A stretch of DNA of 64,000 nucleotides from a virus: the IMG/VR virus record IMGVR_UViG_3300044846_002555, positions 32,001-96,000 of that record; one strand, written 5' to 3'. Positions 53,604-62,547 of the stretch are shown piece after piece. A program made the translations under genes and the position numbers. The notes under the pieces are model-generated. The model did no database searches. It was not told where the DNA came from and saw only the letters and a program-made list of their open reading frames with translations. Each line of letters starts with the position of its first letter. The stretch's first letter is position 1.

Positions 53604-56600
53604 TTACGTTCCGTAAACTATTTCAATACCTTCAATGTGTATAGTCCATCTTAAAGTTTCTCCAACAACACCGGTTACCTGTATGTCTAAAGCGTCATTA
53701 GTATCGTCAGCGGTAATTGCAACGTCATAAGATGAGTTAGTTTCTACATCAGTACCAATAGTTGATACAGTACCGATTAAAGAAGTTACTCCACCTACAT
53801 TCTTAATCGCAACTTTTCTTATATAGTGAGCTCCTCCTGAACCATCTGATTTAATACCACCAATATTTACTGTAACAAACATTGCAGTTCCTGCAATTAC
53901 GGATATAAGTTGAGTTGTTCCATCTAAAAATATATTAACTGGTGTCGCATTTGTTGTTTTATTTCTACCAACTAAGTCAATTTGTTGTGATGTTCCTTTT
54001 ATTAAACCATTAAAACTACCTGAAGAAAAAGACCTTTGACCGAAACGAGGTGCACATGATAATGTTCCACCAAGAATTGATGAATAACAACCTGTGGTAG
54101 TGTTGCCACAACCTCCACCAATAAATGAATGGGTACCACATGAAATATTTGATATACCACCAACAATTGCCGAACAACCACTAAACACGACATTTCCATT
54201 ACCACCACCAACAAAAGAACCTGATGAACAAACCCCATTTACGTTTCCACCAACAATTACAGATAGGGTTGTACTTGATAATGCGGGTGTTGCAATACAG
54301 TTTGATTGACCACCACCAATAAAGTTAGAATCACCATGAGTTCTATTTGACATACCGCTAACAATTGCTGAGTATCCATATACCCATTGGCATGTAATAC
54401 AGTTTCCATTACCCCCACCTATAAATGAAAAACTTAAACGAGTTGTATTATTATTACCCCCACCAATAAATGAAGAGTTTCCTATAGTAATATTACAATA
54501 ACCACCACCAATTGTTGAACATCCCCCACTTGAATTATTCTTTTGACCACCACCAATTGTTGAAGTATCTCCTGATGAGATATTATTATATCCACCACTG
54601 ATTGTTGAAGTGGCTCCTGATAAACGGTTTTTAGCTCCACCTCCAATTGTTGATATTCTACCACATATCACATTACTATAACCACCACTAATTGTTGTGA
54701 AATAACATGATGATGATGTATTATCACAACCACCGGCAATTACCGAACAATTTCCACAAGCGCGATTTTTATATCCACCACCAATTGTTGAGGTAGCACC
54801 GGATGAGACATTACATCTACCACCAACAACAGTTGACCAACTACCTGAAGATAAATTACAAACCCCACCACCAATTGTTGAACACGCCCCTGATGCGATG
54901 TTTCTATAACCTCCACTTATTGTTGATAATTTACCCGCATTAAATGTACAAGTTGGACTAGTCGTTACAGCTCCTGTTGTAAAGTTAAATGTTCCTCCAC
55001 TAGTATTATTAAAAATACCACCACCGATAGTTGTACCTAAAGAACAACATTCGTTATTTGGTGATTGTATTCTATTATTAAGACCACCACCAATTGTTGA
55101 AAATCTTGCATTTATTATGTTAATACAACCACCACCAATTGTTGAAGTATAACCTGAAGAATTATTATTACTACCACCACCAACAGTTCCAAGTATTCCG
55201 TAGACACGATTGTCAATACCACCCCCAATTGTTCCACCATCACCAAAAATTCTTTGTGATTGACCACCACTAATCGTTGCTCCTAAACAATACACAACAT
55301 TTAATGCACCTCCTCCAATGGTTGAAGTATTTCCGCTGATTACATTATCAATTCCACCCCCAATGAATGAATCACTACCCGATACACTATTAGACCTACC
55401 ACCACCAATTATTGAACATAAACCTGATGCGGTATTCTTACAGCCACCACCAACAAATGAACAATTTCCTGATGCGGTATTACAAAAACCACCTAAAATT
55501 GATGACCTTAAACCTGATGCGGTATTACATTGACCACCACTTACTGTTGAATAATTACATGATGATATATTTTTAAAACCACCACCAATTGTTGAACAAA
55601 CCCCTATGGCTTGATTACAAATTCCTCCGGCAATTGTTGAAGTAGTTCCTGTTGCGATATTATTACATCCTCCCCCAATTGTTGAACTATTACCCACAAC
55701 AAAATTTTTACAACCACCACCAATAAATGAATGGGTACTTGTTATAGTATTTTGACTACCACCAACAATACTTGAAGTGGCTCCTGATACTGTATTACCA
55801 ATACCTCCACCAATAAATCCTTGACAAAATCCACCTGAACTTGTTGTAAAATTTCGTAAAAATGGTTGTGAGGAAGAAAAAGGACTCACAGAGACAGTTG
55901 CACCACTAACATACAAGTTTGTATATGGTGAGGAATATGTTTGTCCTGTAATAACTACGTTTCTACTACATCCGAAGTTATCATATGTTAATAAAAGGTC
56001 GTTTACGCTAAATGATGATAATTGATTCCCGAACAATTGTAATGTACAAGTATTTGCGGAATATGAACTTATTAGTTGAGAATTGCCTATAAAGTTTAAT
56101 GTTCCACCTCCAATTATAGAATGTCTTGCGTAACTTACGTTAACGCTTCCACCCCCAATAACACCAAATTCTAACACAACTTTATTATTATTACCACTTA
56201 CAATACCACCACCATAAGAACATTGAGCCAAACAGTTACCACATCCTCCTAAAATTGCTGCTCTAACTCCATATGTTTTATTAGCTGTTCCACCGGCTAT
56301 AACACCATCTTCACCAACACCTGTTGTTCCTGATATTAAGTTACCTCTACCTCCACCAATAAATCCGAATTCGTTACATATTTTATTATTTGTTCCACCT
56401 GCGATTACTGAATTTGATGGGTTCATTGTATTACTAGTTATACAATTGTAAAAACCACCACCTATTGTAGAATATGTTCCACAAACGAGATTAAGTCTAC
56501 CACCGGCAATTGTTGAGTTATTACAACATGTTGTATTACAACAACCACCACCAACAAATGAAAAACATCCTGATGATGTATTTCCTAATCCACCACCAAT

Positions 56601-58775
56601 AAATGAACAAGCACCACATGCACAATTTGATATACCACCACCAATCGTTGAATGACTTCCACATGATATATTAGACTCACCACCACCAATTGTTGAGTAA
56701 TTACAATATGTTCTATTATACGAACCTCCGGCTATTGTTGAACAATTACCGTAAGTGCAATTGTGATTACCGCCACCAATAAATGAATTATAACCTGACG
56801 ATAAATTATTAGTACCATTACCAATAAATGAGTATTGACCACTAGCGACATTATAACTTCCCGCCCCAATAAATGACGAATAATTACTTGATGTATTACT
56901 TGAACCACCACCTATAAAAGATTTAATACCGCTAGCAGTATTTTGTTGACCTCCAACAACACTTGACGCATTTCCACTTGCGGTGTTTAATACTCCCGCT
57001 CCAATAAACGAGCCGTATGAACCACTTGCGTTATTACAATAACCCCCACCGATAAATGACCAATTTCCTGTTGATGTATTTTTACAACCACCACCAATAA
57101 ATGAATGTGTTCCTCCACTAACTATATTTTGTCGTCCACCAACCACAACTGAAAAATCTGTTGTTGCAGAGTTTGATAAACCACCTAATACTGCACTACA
57201 ATTTCCTGATGCAAGATTACTAACACCACATCTAACAGATGAGTTAACGCCTGTTCCTGTAATGATTACGGCTGATGAACCACCTCCACCACCGGCAATA
57301 GGTACTAAAAGTCCATTTGTACTAACTCCAACATAACAACCACTACAAGTACTCATAGAAGTAATAATCATGTCGTTAACAAATGTCGTACAATCTCTAT
57401 TTGATGTTATATTTGAACCAATAATGAAAGATTCATTATTTGAAACCGTATTATTCACACCTCCGGCTATAAAACTTCCAACACCAATGGCGTTATTTGT
57501 TCCACCACCAACTATTGATGAAAGAACACCACTTGCGGTATTTGAACCAAACGAATTCCCACCACCACCTACAAATGAACGATATCCTGATGCGGTATTA
57601 CCGCAACCTCCACCAACAAAAGAACCATCACACGACGCGGTATTCTTACTACCACCACCAATTGTTGAGGTAGTACCTGATGCTATATTACAAAAACCAC
57701 CACCTATTGTTGAATCATTACCTGATGATATGTTAATACGTCCACCACCAATGAATGAACAAGTTCCTGATATTGAATTACATTGACCACCGGCAATTGT
57801 TGATTTATCACCACAAACGGTATTTGATTGACCACCTCCAATAGTTGAACTATCACAATAAGCTTTATTACCACCACCTCCGGCAATTGTTGAGTTGTTG
57901 GATAAGGCTTGATTACAATAACCACCACCAACGGTTGCGTCACCATTATTTGGATATGGTCCGGTAACACAAGCTATATTATATCCACCACCTGCAATAG
58001 TATTTCTTGGTCCGACAACAAGATTACAACAACCACCACCTATTGTTGATGTATTTCCTGATATTCTATTTAAATGACCACCACCAATAAATGAATGAGT
58101 TCCTCCGCTAATAACGTTTTGACAACCTCCACCAATTGTTGCTCCGGATGTTGTTAATATGTTACAAAATCCACCACTTATAGTTGAATCATTATTTGAT
58201 ACCGTATTACAACGACCACCTCCAATTATTGAGCAACAACCCGATACGACATTACAATAACCACCACCAATTGATGAAATAAATCCTGAAACCTCATTTC
58301 TACATCCACCACCAATAATTGAGGCATTCCCTGACGCAGTATTTCTAGTACCACCACCAACAGTTGAAGCGAAACTTCCTGATATATTACAACGACCACC
58401 ACTTATTGTTGAATAACAACCTGCGTTATTATTTTTATAACCACCACCAATTAATGAATGTGTTCCACCACTAACTATATTTTGTCGTCCACCAACAACC
58501 ATTGAATAATTTGTTGTTGCTGAATTTGATAACCCTCCTAACGCGCCGGAATTATTACCACATGCTAGATTATTAACATCTCTTCTAATTGATGAGTTAA
58601 CACCTGTTCCACTTACAATTACAACAAATGGTGAACCACTAATTGCTTCGTCAATTGTTGATTTATATGATGAACCTGCAGGATTCTGAGTCGGGTTATT
58701 AGTATCAACAATGTGAATTAATGTTTGATTAGTTGTAAACCCTGATGGTGAATATGTTCTTTGAGTTAAAATCAT
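53604..58775 (-). CDS. Gly/Cys-rich 14-residue-repeat fibre/adhesin (beta-roll, YadA-head-like)
   Basis: 1723 aa, mostly S-[TF]-I-G-G-G-x-x-N-x-x-S-G-x units in three blocks, with a non-repetitive C-terminal beta domain. Confidence 0.7.
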   Translation of the reverse strand: MILTQRTYSPSGFTTNQTLIHIVDTNNPTQNPAGSSYKSTIDEAISGSPFVVIVSGTGVNSSIRRDVNNLACGNNSGALGGLSNSATTNYSMVVGGRQNIVSGGTHSLIGGGYKNNNAGCYSTISGGRCNISGSFASTVGGGTRNTASGNASIIGGGCRNEVSGFISSIGGGYCNVVSGCCSIIGGGRCNTVSNNDSTISGGFCNILTTSGATIGGGCQNVISGGTHSFIGGGHLNRISGNTSTIGGGCCNLVVGPRNTIAGGGYNIACVTGPYPNNGDATVGGGYCNQALSNNSTIAGGGGNKAYCDSSTIGGGQSNTVCGDKSTIAGGQCNSISGTCSFIGGGRINISSGNDSTIGGGFCNIASGTTSTIGGGSKNTASCDGSFVGGGCGNTASGYRSFVGGGGNSFGSNTASGVLSSIVGGGTNNAIGVGSFIAGGVNNTVSNNESFIIGSNITSNRDCTTFVNDMIITSMSTCSGCYVGVSTNGLLVPIAGGGGGSSAVIITGTGVNSSVRCGVSNLASGNCSAVLGGLSNSATTDFSVVVGGRQNIVSGGTHSFIGGGCKNTSTGNWSFIGGGYCNNASGSYGSFIGAGVLNTASGNASSVVGGQQNTASGIKSFIGGGSSNTSSNYSSFIGAGSYNVASGQYSFIGNGTNNLSSGYNSFIGGGNHNCTYGNCSTIAGGSYNRTYCNYSTIGGGESNISCGSHSTIGGGISNCACGACSFIGGGLGNTSSGCFSFVGGGCCNTTCCNNSTIAGGRLNLVCGTYSTIGGGFYNCITSNTMNPSNSVIAGGTNNKICNEFGFIGGGRGNLISGTTGVGEDGVIAGGTANKTYGVRAAILGGCGNCLAQCSYGGGIVSGNNNKVVLEFGVIGGGSVNVSYARHSIIGGGTLNFIGNSQLISSYSANTCTLQLFGNQLSSFSVNDLLLTYDNFGCSRNVVITGQTYSSPYTNLYVSGATVSVSPFSSSQPFLRNFTTSSGGFCQGFIGGGIGNTVSGATSSIVGGSQNTITSTHSFIGGGCKNFVVGNSSTIGGGCNNIATGTTSTIAGGICNQAIGVCSTIGGGFKNISSCNYSTVSGGQCNTASGLRSSILGGFCNTASGNCSFVGGGCKNTASGLCSIIGGGRSNSVSGSDSFIGGGIDNVISGNTSTIGGGALNVVYCLGATISGGQSQRIFGDGGTIGGGIDNRVYGILGTVGGGSNNNSSGYTSTIGGGCINIINARFSTIGGGLNNRIQSPNNECCSLGTTIGGGIFNNTSGGTFNFTTGAVTTSPTCTFNAGKLSTISGGYRNIASGACSTIGGGVCNLSSGSWSTVVGGRCNVSSGATSTIGGGYKNRACGNCSVIAGGCDNTSSSCYFTTISGGYSNVICGRISTIGGGAKNRLSGATSTISGGYNNISSGDTSTIGGGQKNNSSGGCSTIGGGYCNITIGNSSFIGGGNNNTTRLSFSFIGGGNGNCITCQWVYGYSAIVSGMSNRTHGDSNFIGGGQSNCIATPALSSTTLSVIVGGNVNGVCSSGSFVGGGNGNVVFSGCSAIVGGISNISCGTHSFIGGGCGNTTTGCYSSILGGTLSCAPRFGQRSFSSGSFNGLIKGTSQQIDLVGRNKTTNATPVNIFLDGTTQLISVIAGTAMFVTVNIGGIKSDGSGGAHYIRKVAIKNVGGVTSLIGTVSTIGTDVETNSSYDVAITADDTNDALDIQVTGVVGETLRWTIHIEGIEIVYGT

Positions 58776-58805
58776 TGGTTTTTGTTTTATACTATAAATA
58801 GTTCA

Positions 58806-59111
58806 TTATTGGAAATCGAATATCTCAAAGTCCATAAATTCAAAATATTCGTAATCTTGGAATTGTTTTGGAACTGGTGGTAATAAGTTACAATATACCA
58901 CTTCAAATCTTTCACAACCATCCCCATAAATAACTTTAATACCTACTGCGGCAACATTATTAAATTGTGGAGGTAAGACAATAACATTATCCGGAGGTAC
59001 TGATGTAACAATTGTTGCAATTAATATACATTGGTTACCATAAACATCACACGCATAAATTGTATACGGGAAGTTTGAACCTGTAATTGATTGTATGTTA
59101 ATTGCTGTCAT
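58806..59111 (-). CDS. Small beta-rich hypothetical protein (paralog of 62247-62462)
   Basis: I..ITG..P..IY.CD....I.TI......PP......IKVI....CE pattern shared with the 71-aa ORF. Confidence 0.7.
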   Translation of the reverse strand: MTAINIQSITGSNFPYTIYACDVYGNQCILIATIVTSVPPDNVIVLPPQFNNVAAVGIKVIYGDGCERFEVVYCNLLPPVPKQFQDYEYFEFMDFEIFDFQ

Positions 59112-59114
59112 ATG

Positions 59115-61319
59115 TTAAAAAGCGTATGATGGGTTAAATGATGTAACTACCCCATTAACAACTGTTACCGCTGTAACGGGATAGTTTGATGTGGTTATTG
59201 CACCATTAACAATTATATTTGAGTTGATTGTGAAAGTGTTACTTGTAACTCCTTGTGTCACTTCAAAGTCATAAAGAGTTACCTCTTGACGTTTAGATTG
59301 ACCTGATGATAATGTTCGTCCTTTAGAACTGTAATCACATGTTTGTGATGATAATGAGGGTATTTGTATATATGGTGAACTATTACCCGAAAAAGGGATG
59401 GTTGAATTATATGTGTCACAAAAATTGTAAAAACCATAAACCCTATATTTTGGATTATTTTGTGATACTAAATTTATATAACTATATTTAGCAAAAGGGT
59501 CAATATATCTTGAACCGGTATTATTGGTTAATACTCTATTATTACTTGTGGCAATTGATGAATTATTAATATTAGTTACAATAGAATTTGTAACAAATTC
59601 ACAACCAACATCACAATTTGTAAAATTTAAATTATTTTGAATTGTTGGCATTGTTATTTTTAAGGTATAGTTATTAGAGGTCTCACCTGTTTCTACAATA
59701 CTTGAAAAGTGGATATTATAAGTCAATTCCTCAATATTATCACCACAAGGTTGATTATTTGGTGTGTTAGGTATTGAAAGTATTGCGTATTGATAATAAA
59801 GAATATTTGTTGAGTCATTAATCCATCCAGACGATGATTTTTTCGATTCATAAGATGATTTATATGCGATTAAATCACTTAAATTACTAAAAGTCATATT
59901 AATAACACCTTCTACTGATGGACCTGGTATATTTTTTATAAATGAAATAGTATTTGTGTTTTGAAGTGAGCAAGAGATTTGTCCACCAATCGGTTGTAGG
60001 TTACATTGAACATAGTTTGTAGTTGTGTAAGCCTCGCGAGTTATTAATGAAGTTGTATTATTACAGAAAACTTGTTCAAAATTATTATTAATATTTACTG
60101 ATGTTTCTGTTGCCATATACTTATAAATGTCAGAGTTTGTAATTGCGGATGTGGTACATCCTGATAGATTAAATTTAATAGTGTTTAGACCACAAGAAGC
60201 AGGGATGTTTATAATAGATGAAGTATCTATTTTATATGGGCTGTTTAAATAATCATCTAAACATAATGAACAATCAAAAGTATCTAAACAAGTAAAATAA
60301 AAATCCCAATTGGTTTGTTGATTATTTGGATTCGGAATCACTTCTAAAATTAAATAATCGCCAGGATTTCTAGATAATGATGTTAATGAAGTCACTTTAG
60401 ATAAATAAGTACTATCTGGAATCCCGGAATTAATAAATGAACGCGTTGATGCTGATTTAGGTAATGTTAATAAATTTAAATTTGTAACGGTATCAACACC
60501 TATCGTTATAAATTCTAAAATAATTGGTTCACTATATGATGAACCATAAAAAGTGATTTTAAGAGTGTCAGGGACATTATTACCTTTAAACTTCCATGCA
60601 AAATAATCAGTTGTTGCTGATAATTCAAATGTTGAATTTATTGCTAATGGGATTACACCTGCCGCGGCACCGGCAAAATTAACTCTATGAGTATAATCCC
60701 CCTCTTCAGTTCCATTATCACATCTAAATGGTGCAACATTAACAGTTATTGCGTTAAAACAATCTAACTCGGCTTGTATATAATTAGTACCACCTGTTTG
60801 AGAGAAATTAAGACCATCTAATTTAACTTTATCGATTATTGGAATATAATTTCCGGCTGGTTGCATTAGATTGGATAGTGGGTGTGTATTTTCGTAGGGT
60901 GAAAATTCACTACCATAACCTGATGTAAACGCTAATTGATTAGGGTTATCAGGTCCGTACCAAAATATTCTATAATCAGATATTGTGTTTTGACAGCTAC
61001 CGGTTAATTCTCCCGCAACTATTACTCCAACAGTATTAGTTTCATAATCCTCAAATCCTAATTCACACGTTTCACATAAATCGTTAGATAATATATCAAT
61101 AGTAACACAACATTTTGATAATGTATCAATAATTTTAATAATTGTTGTCCCGTCAGGTACATTACCCATAATGTATGGACAGTTGTTAAATAATTGAGAA
61201 TAAGTTACGTTTGATTGGAACTCATTAAAAAATTGGTCAACATTAGAATAAATGTTGAATAACCCTCCTAATGGTATTGTACCGGAATTTGTTAAACAAG
61301 TTGATGCTGAAAATGACAT
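59115..61319 (-). CDS. Cys/Asn/Thr-rich putative virion protein (734 aa)
   Basis: Long ORF in the minus-strand structural cluster. No catalytic motif recognised. Confidence 0.6.
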   Translation of the reverse strand: MSFSASTCLTNSGTIPLGGLFNIYSNVDQFFNEFQSNVTYSQLFNNCPYIMGNVPDGTTIIKIIDTLSKCCVTIDILSNDLCETCELGFEDYETNTVGVIVAGELTGSCQNTISDYRIFWYGPDNPNQLAFTSGYGSEFSPYENTHPLSNLMQPAGNYIPIIDKVKLDGLNFSQTGGTNYIQAELDCFNAITVNVAPFRCDNGTEEGDYTHRVNFAGAAAGVIPLAINSTFELSATTDYFAWKFKGNNVPDTLKITFYGSSYSEPIILEFITIGVDTVTNLNLLTLPKSASTRSFINSGIPDSTYLSKVTSLTSLSRNPGDYLILEVIPNPNNQQTNWDFYFTCLDTFDCSLCLDDYLNSPYKIDTSSIINIPASCGLNTIKFNLSGCTTSAITNSDIYKYMATETSVNINNNFEQVFCNNTTSLITREAYTTTNYVQCNLQPIGGQISCSLQNTNTISFIKNIPGPSVEGVINMTFSNLSDLIAYKSSYESKKSSSGWINDSTNILYYQYAILSIPNTPNNQPCGDNIEELTYNIHFSSIVETGETSNNYTLKITMPTIQNNLNFTNCDVGCEFVTNSIVTNINNSSIATSNNRVLTNNTGSRYIDPFAKYSYINLVSQNNPKYRVYGFYNFCDTYNSTIPFSGNSSPYIQIPSLSSQTCDYSSKGRTLSSGQSKRQEVTLYDFEVTQGVTSNTFTINSNIIVNGAITTSNYPVTAVTVVNGVVTSFNPSYAF

Positions 61320-61333
61320 ATATATTTTAAATT

Positions 61334-62245
61334 TTAAGTTTTAGTATAAGCATAACCTTCTAATCCACAAGTAGTGATACATTCTGAAGGCATTCCTGAT
61401 GGAGTTACTGTTGGTGTCGGTGATGGTGTTGGTACAATTGATTCAGAACAGAAAATACAATCCGCACCTATTTGACTTCCATAAGGTCCAATTAGTAATG
61501 TAATGTTATCAATACCAATTGTGTTATTATTTATACCCATATAACTGATACAAATAATTTCACCATTAACATTCGCTTGATAAACTTCAAATTGTGTGAT
61601 AGTATTACCGGTAGGTGTTATAATTTGATTAGTTGTGAATAACATCTTACCTGTACCATAACACTCTTGGAATTGATAACTATAAGGACATACTATATTG
61701 TCGTCTATAGTGTTAAATGTTACCCCACCTTCAAAAGTACAATCACGACTAATCACCGGTGACGATGATGGTGTTATTGTTGGAGTTGGAGTTGGTGTTG
61801 GTGACACACTTTGAATTGTTGCGCTTATAATAACATTACATAAGTTAGTTGGTGTCGGAGTTGGTGTTGGTGTTGAGGTTGTTGTTGGAGTTGGAGTAGG
61901 TGTAGGTGTTGCGGGAAAATCACAATCAAAAATAGCTGAAAAATTTAAACTTGAACAATTTTGAGTTGGACTAGGTGTGGGTGTTGGACACGCTCCACTT
62001 GAGAAATAAACATCATCTAAATCCGGACATGGGTTAAAACAAGGTGACTGACCTGATAAATCACAAGTTCCGTCTAAAGCGGTTGATAAACACCATTGAG
62101 TTGACCCTGTGTTATAATAAATAAATAATCCATTTGTTTGACCGGTCCAATATAGTTCGGAGTTATGTGTCCCGGCACTAAAATAGATATCATCAAATGT
62201 TGGGTAACCAGTGTTTGAAAGGCAATATATTGAACTACACGGCAT
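61334..62245 (-). CDS. Cys-rich protein with several Pro-Thr tracts (303 aa)
   Basis: PTPTPSPT, PATPTPTPTPTTTSTPTPTPTPT, SPTPTPTPTITPSSSP and PTPSPTPTVTPS. Confidence 0.7.
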   Translation of the reverse strand: MPCSSIYCLSNTGYPTFDDIYFSAGTHNSELYWTGQTNGLFIYYNTGSTQWCLSTALDGTCDLSGQSPCFNPCPDLDDVYFSSGACPTPTPSPTQNCSSLNFSAIFDCDFPATPTPTPTPTTTSTPTPTPTPTNLCNVIISATIQSVSPTPTPTPTITPSSSPVISRDCTFEGGVTFNTIDDNIVCPYSYQFQECYGTGKMLFTTNQIITPTGNTITQFEVYQANVNGEIICISYMGINNNTIGIDNITLLIGPYGSQIGADCIFCSESIVPTPSPTPTVTPSGMPSECITTCGLEGYAYTKT

Positions 62246-62246
62246 A

Positions 62247-62462
62247 TTATAATGTTAAATTTAAAATTGATTCACAATTATTGTCATCAATAACTTTTAT
62301 GTTAAAAGATGTTAACGAACTCCAAATAGGTGGTATTGTTACATTATATGGAAACGTTGAAATTGTGTCTATATATATTGATAAAGTAATAGGGTTATCG
62401 CATAGATACACTTGAAAAGGCGATGCTCCGGTAATATTACTTATAGTTATTTGTGTGCTCAT
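62247..62462 (-). CDS. Small hypothetical protein (71 aa), first gene of the minus-strand block
   Basis: ATG at 62462, with sense-strand TATTTAT at 62480-62486. Confidence 0.7.
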   Translation of the reverse strand: MSTQITISNITGASPFQVYLCDNPITLSIYIDTISTFPYNVTIPPIWSSLTSFNIKVIDDNNCESILNLTL

Positions 62463-62512
62463 TTCTTTAGGTTATCTCAATAAATATAATGGGAATGAAA
62501 AACTTGTGAAGA

Positions 62513-62543
62513 TTGACAGTTATATTATTTTTTCTTATCTTTG
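62513..62543 (+). promoter_or_regulatory. Bacteroidota-type promoter upstream of primase
   Basis: TTG(ACA) at 62513 and TATCTTTG (TAnnTTTG) at 62536-62543, 20 nt after the TTG. Confidence 0.65.
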
Positions 62544-62547
62544 CTGT

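Noticed and set aside
57088-58623. Diversity-generating retroelement TR/VR pair
   Set aside because: Differences between the copies involve all bases rather than only adenines, both copies are in-frame parts of one gene, and no reverse transcriptase is in the window.
53604-58775. CRISPR-like periodic array (CCACCACCAAT every 42 nt)
   Set aside because: The periodicity is the coding 14-aa Gly repeat. There are no identical repeats with unique spacers and no cas genes.
62455-62547. Track N-terminal extension of primase
   Set aside because: It overlaps the divergent gene start and the promoter elements. ATG 62548 is preferred.
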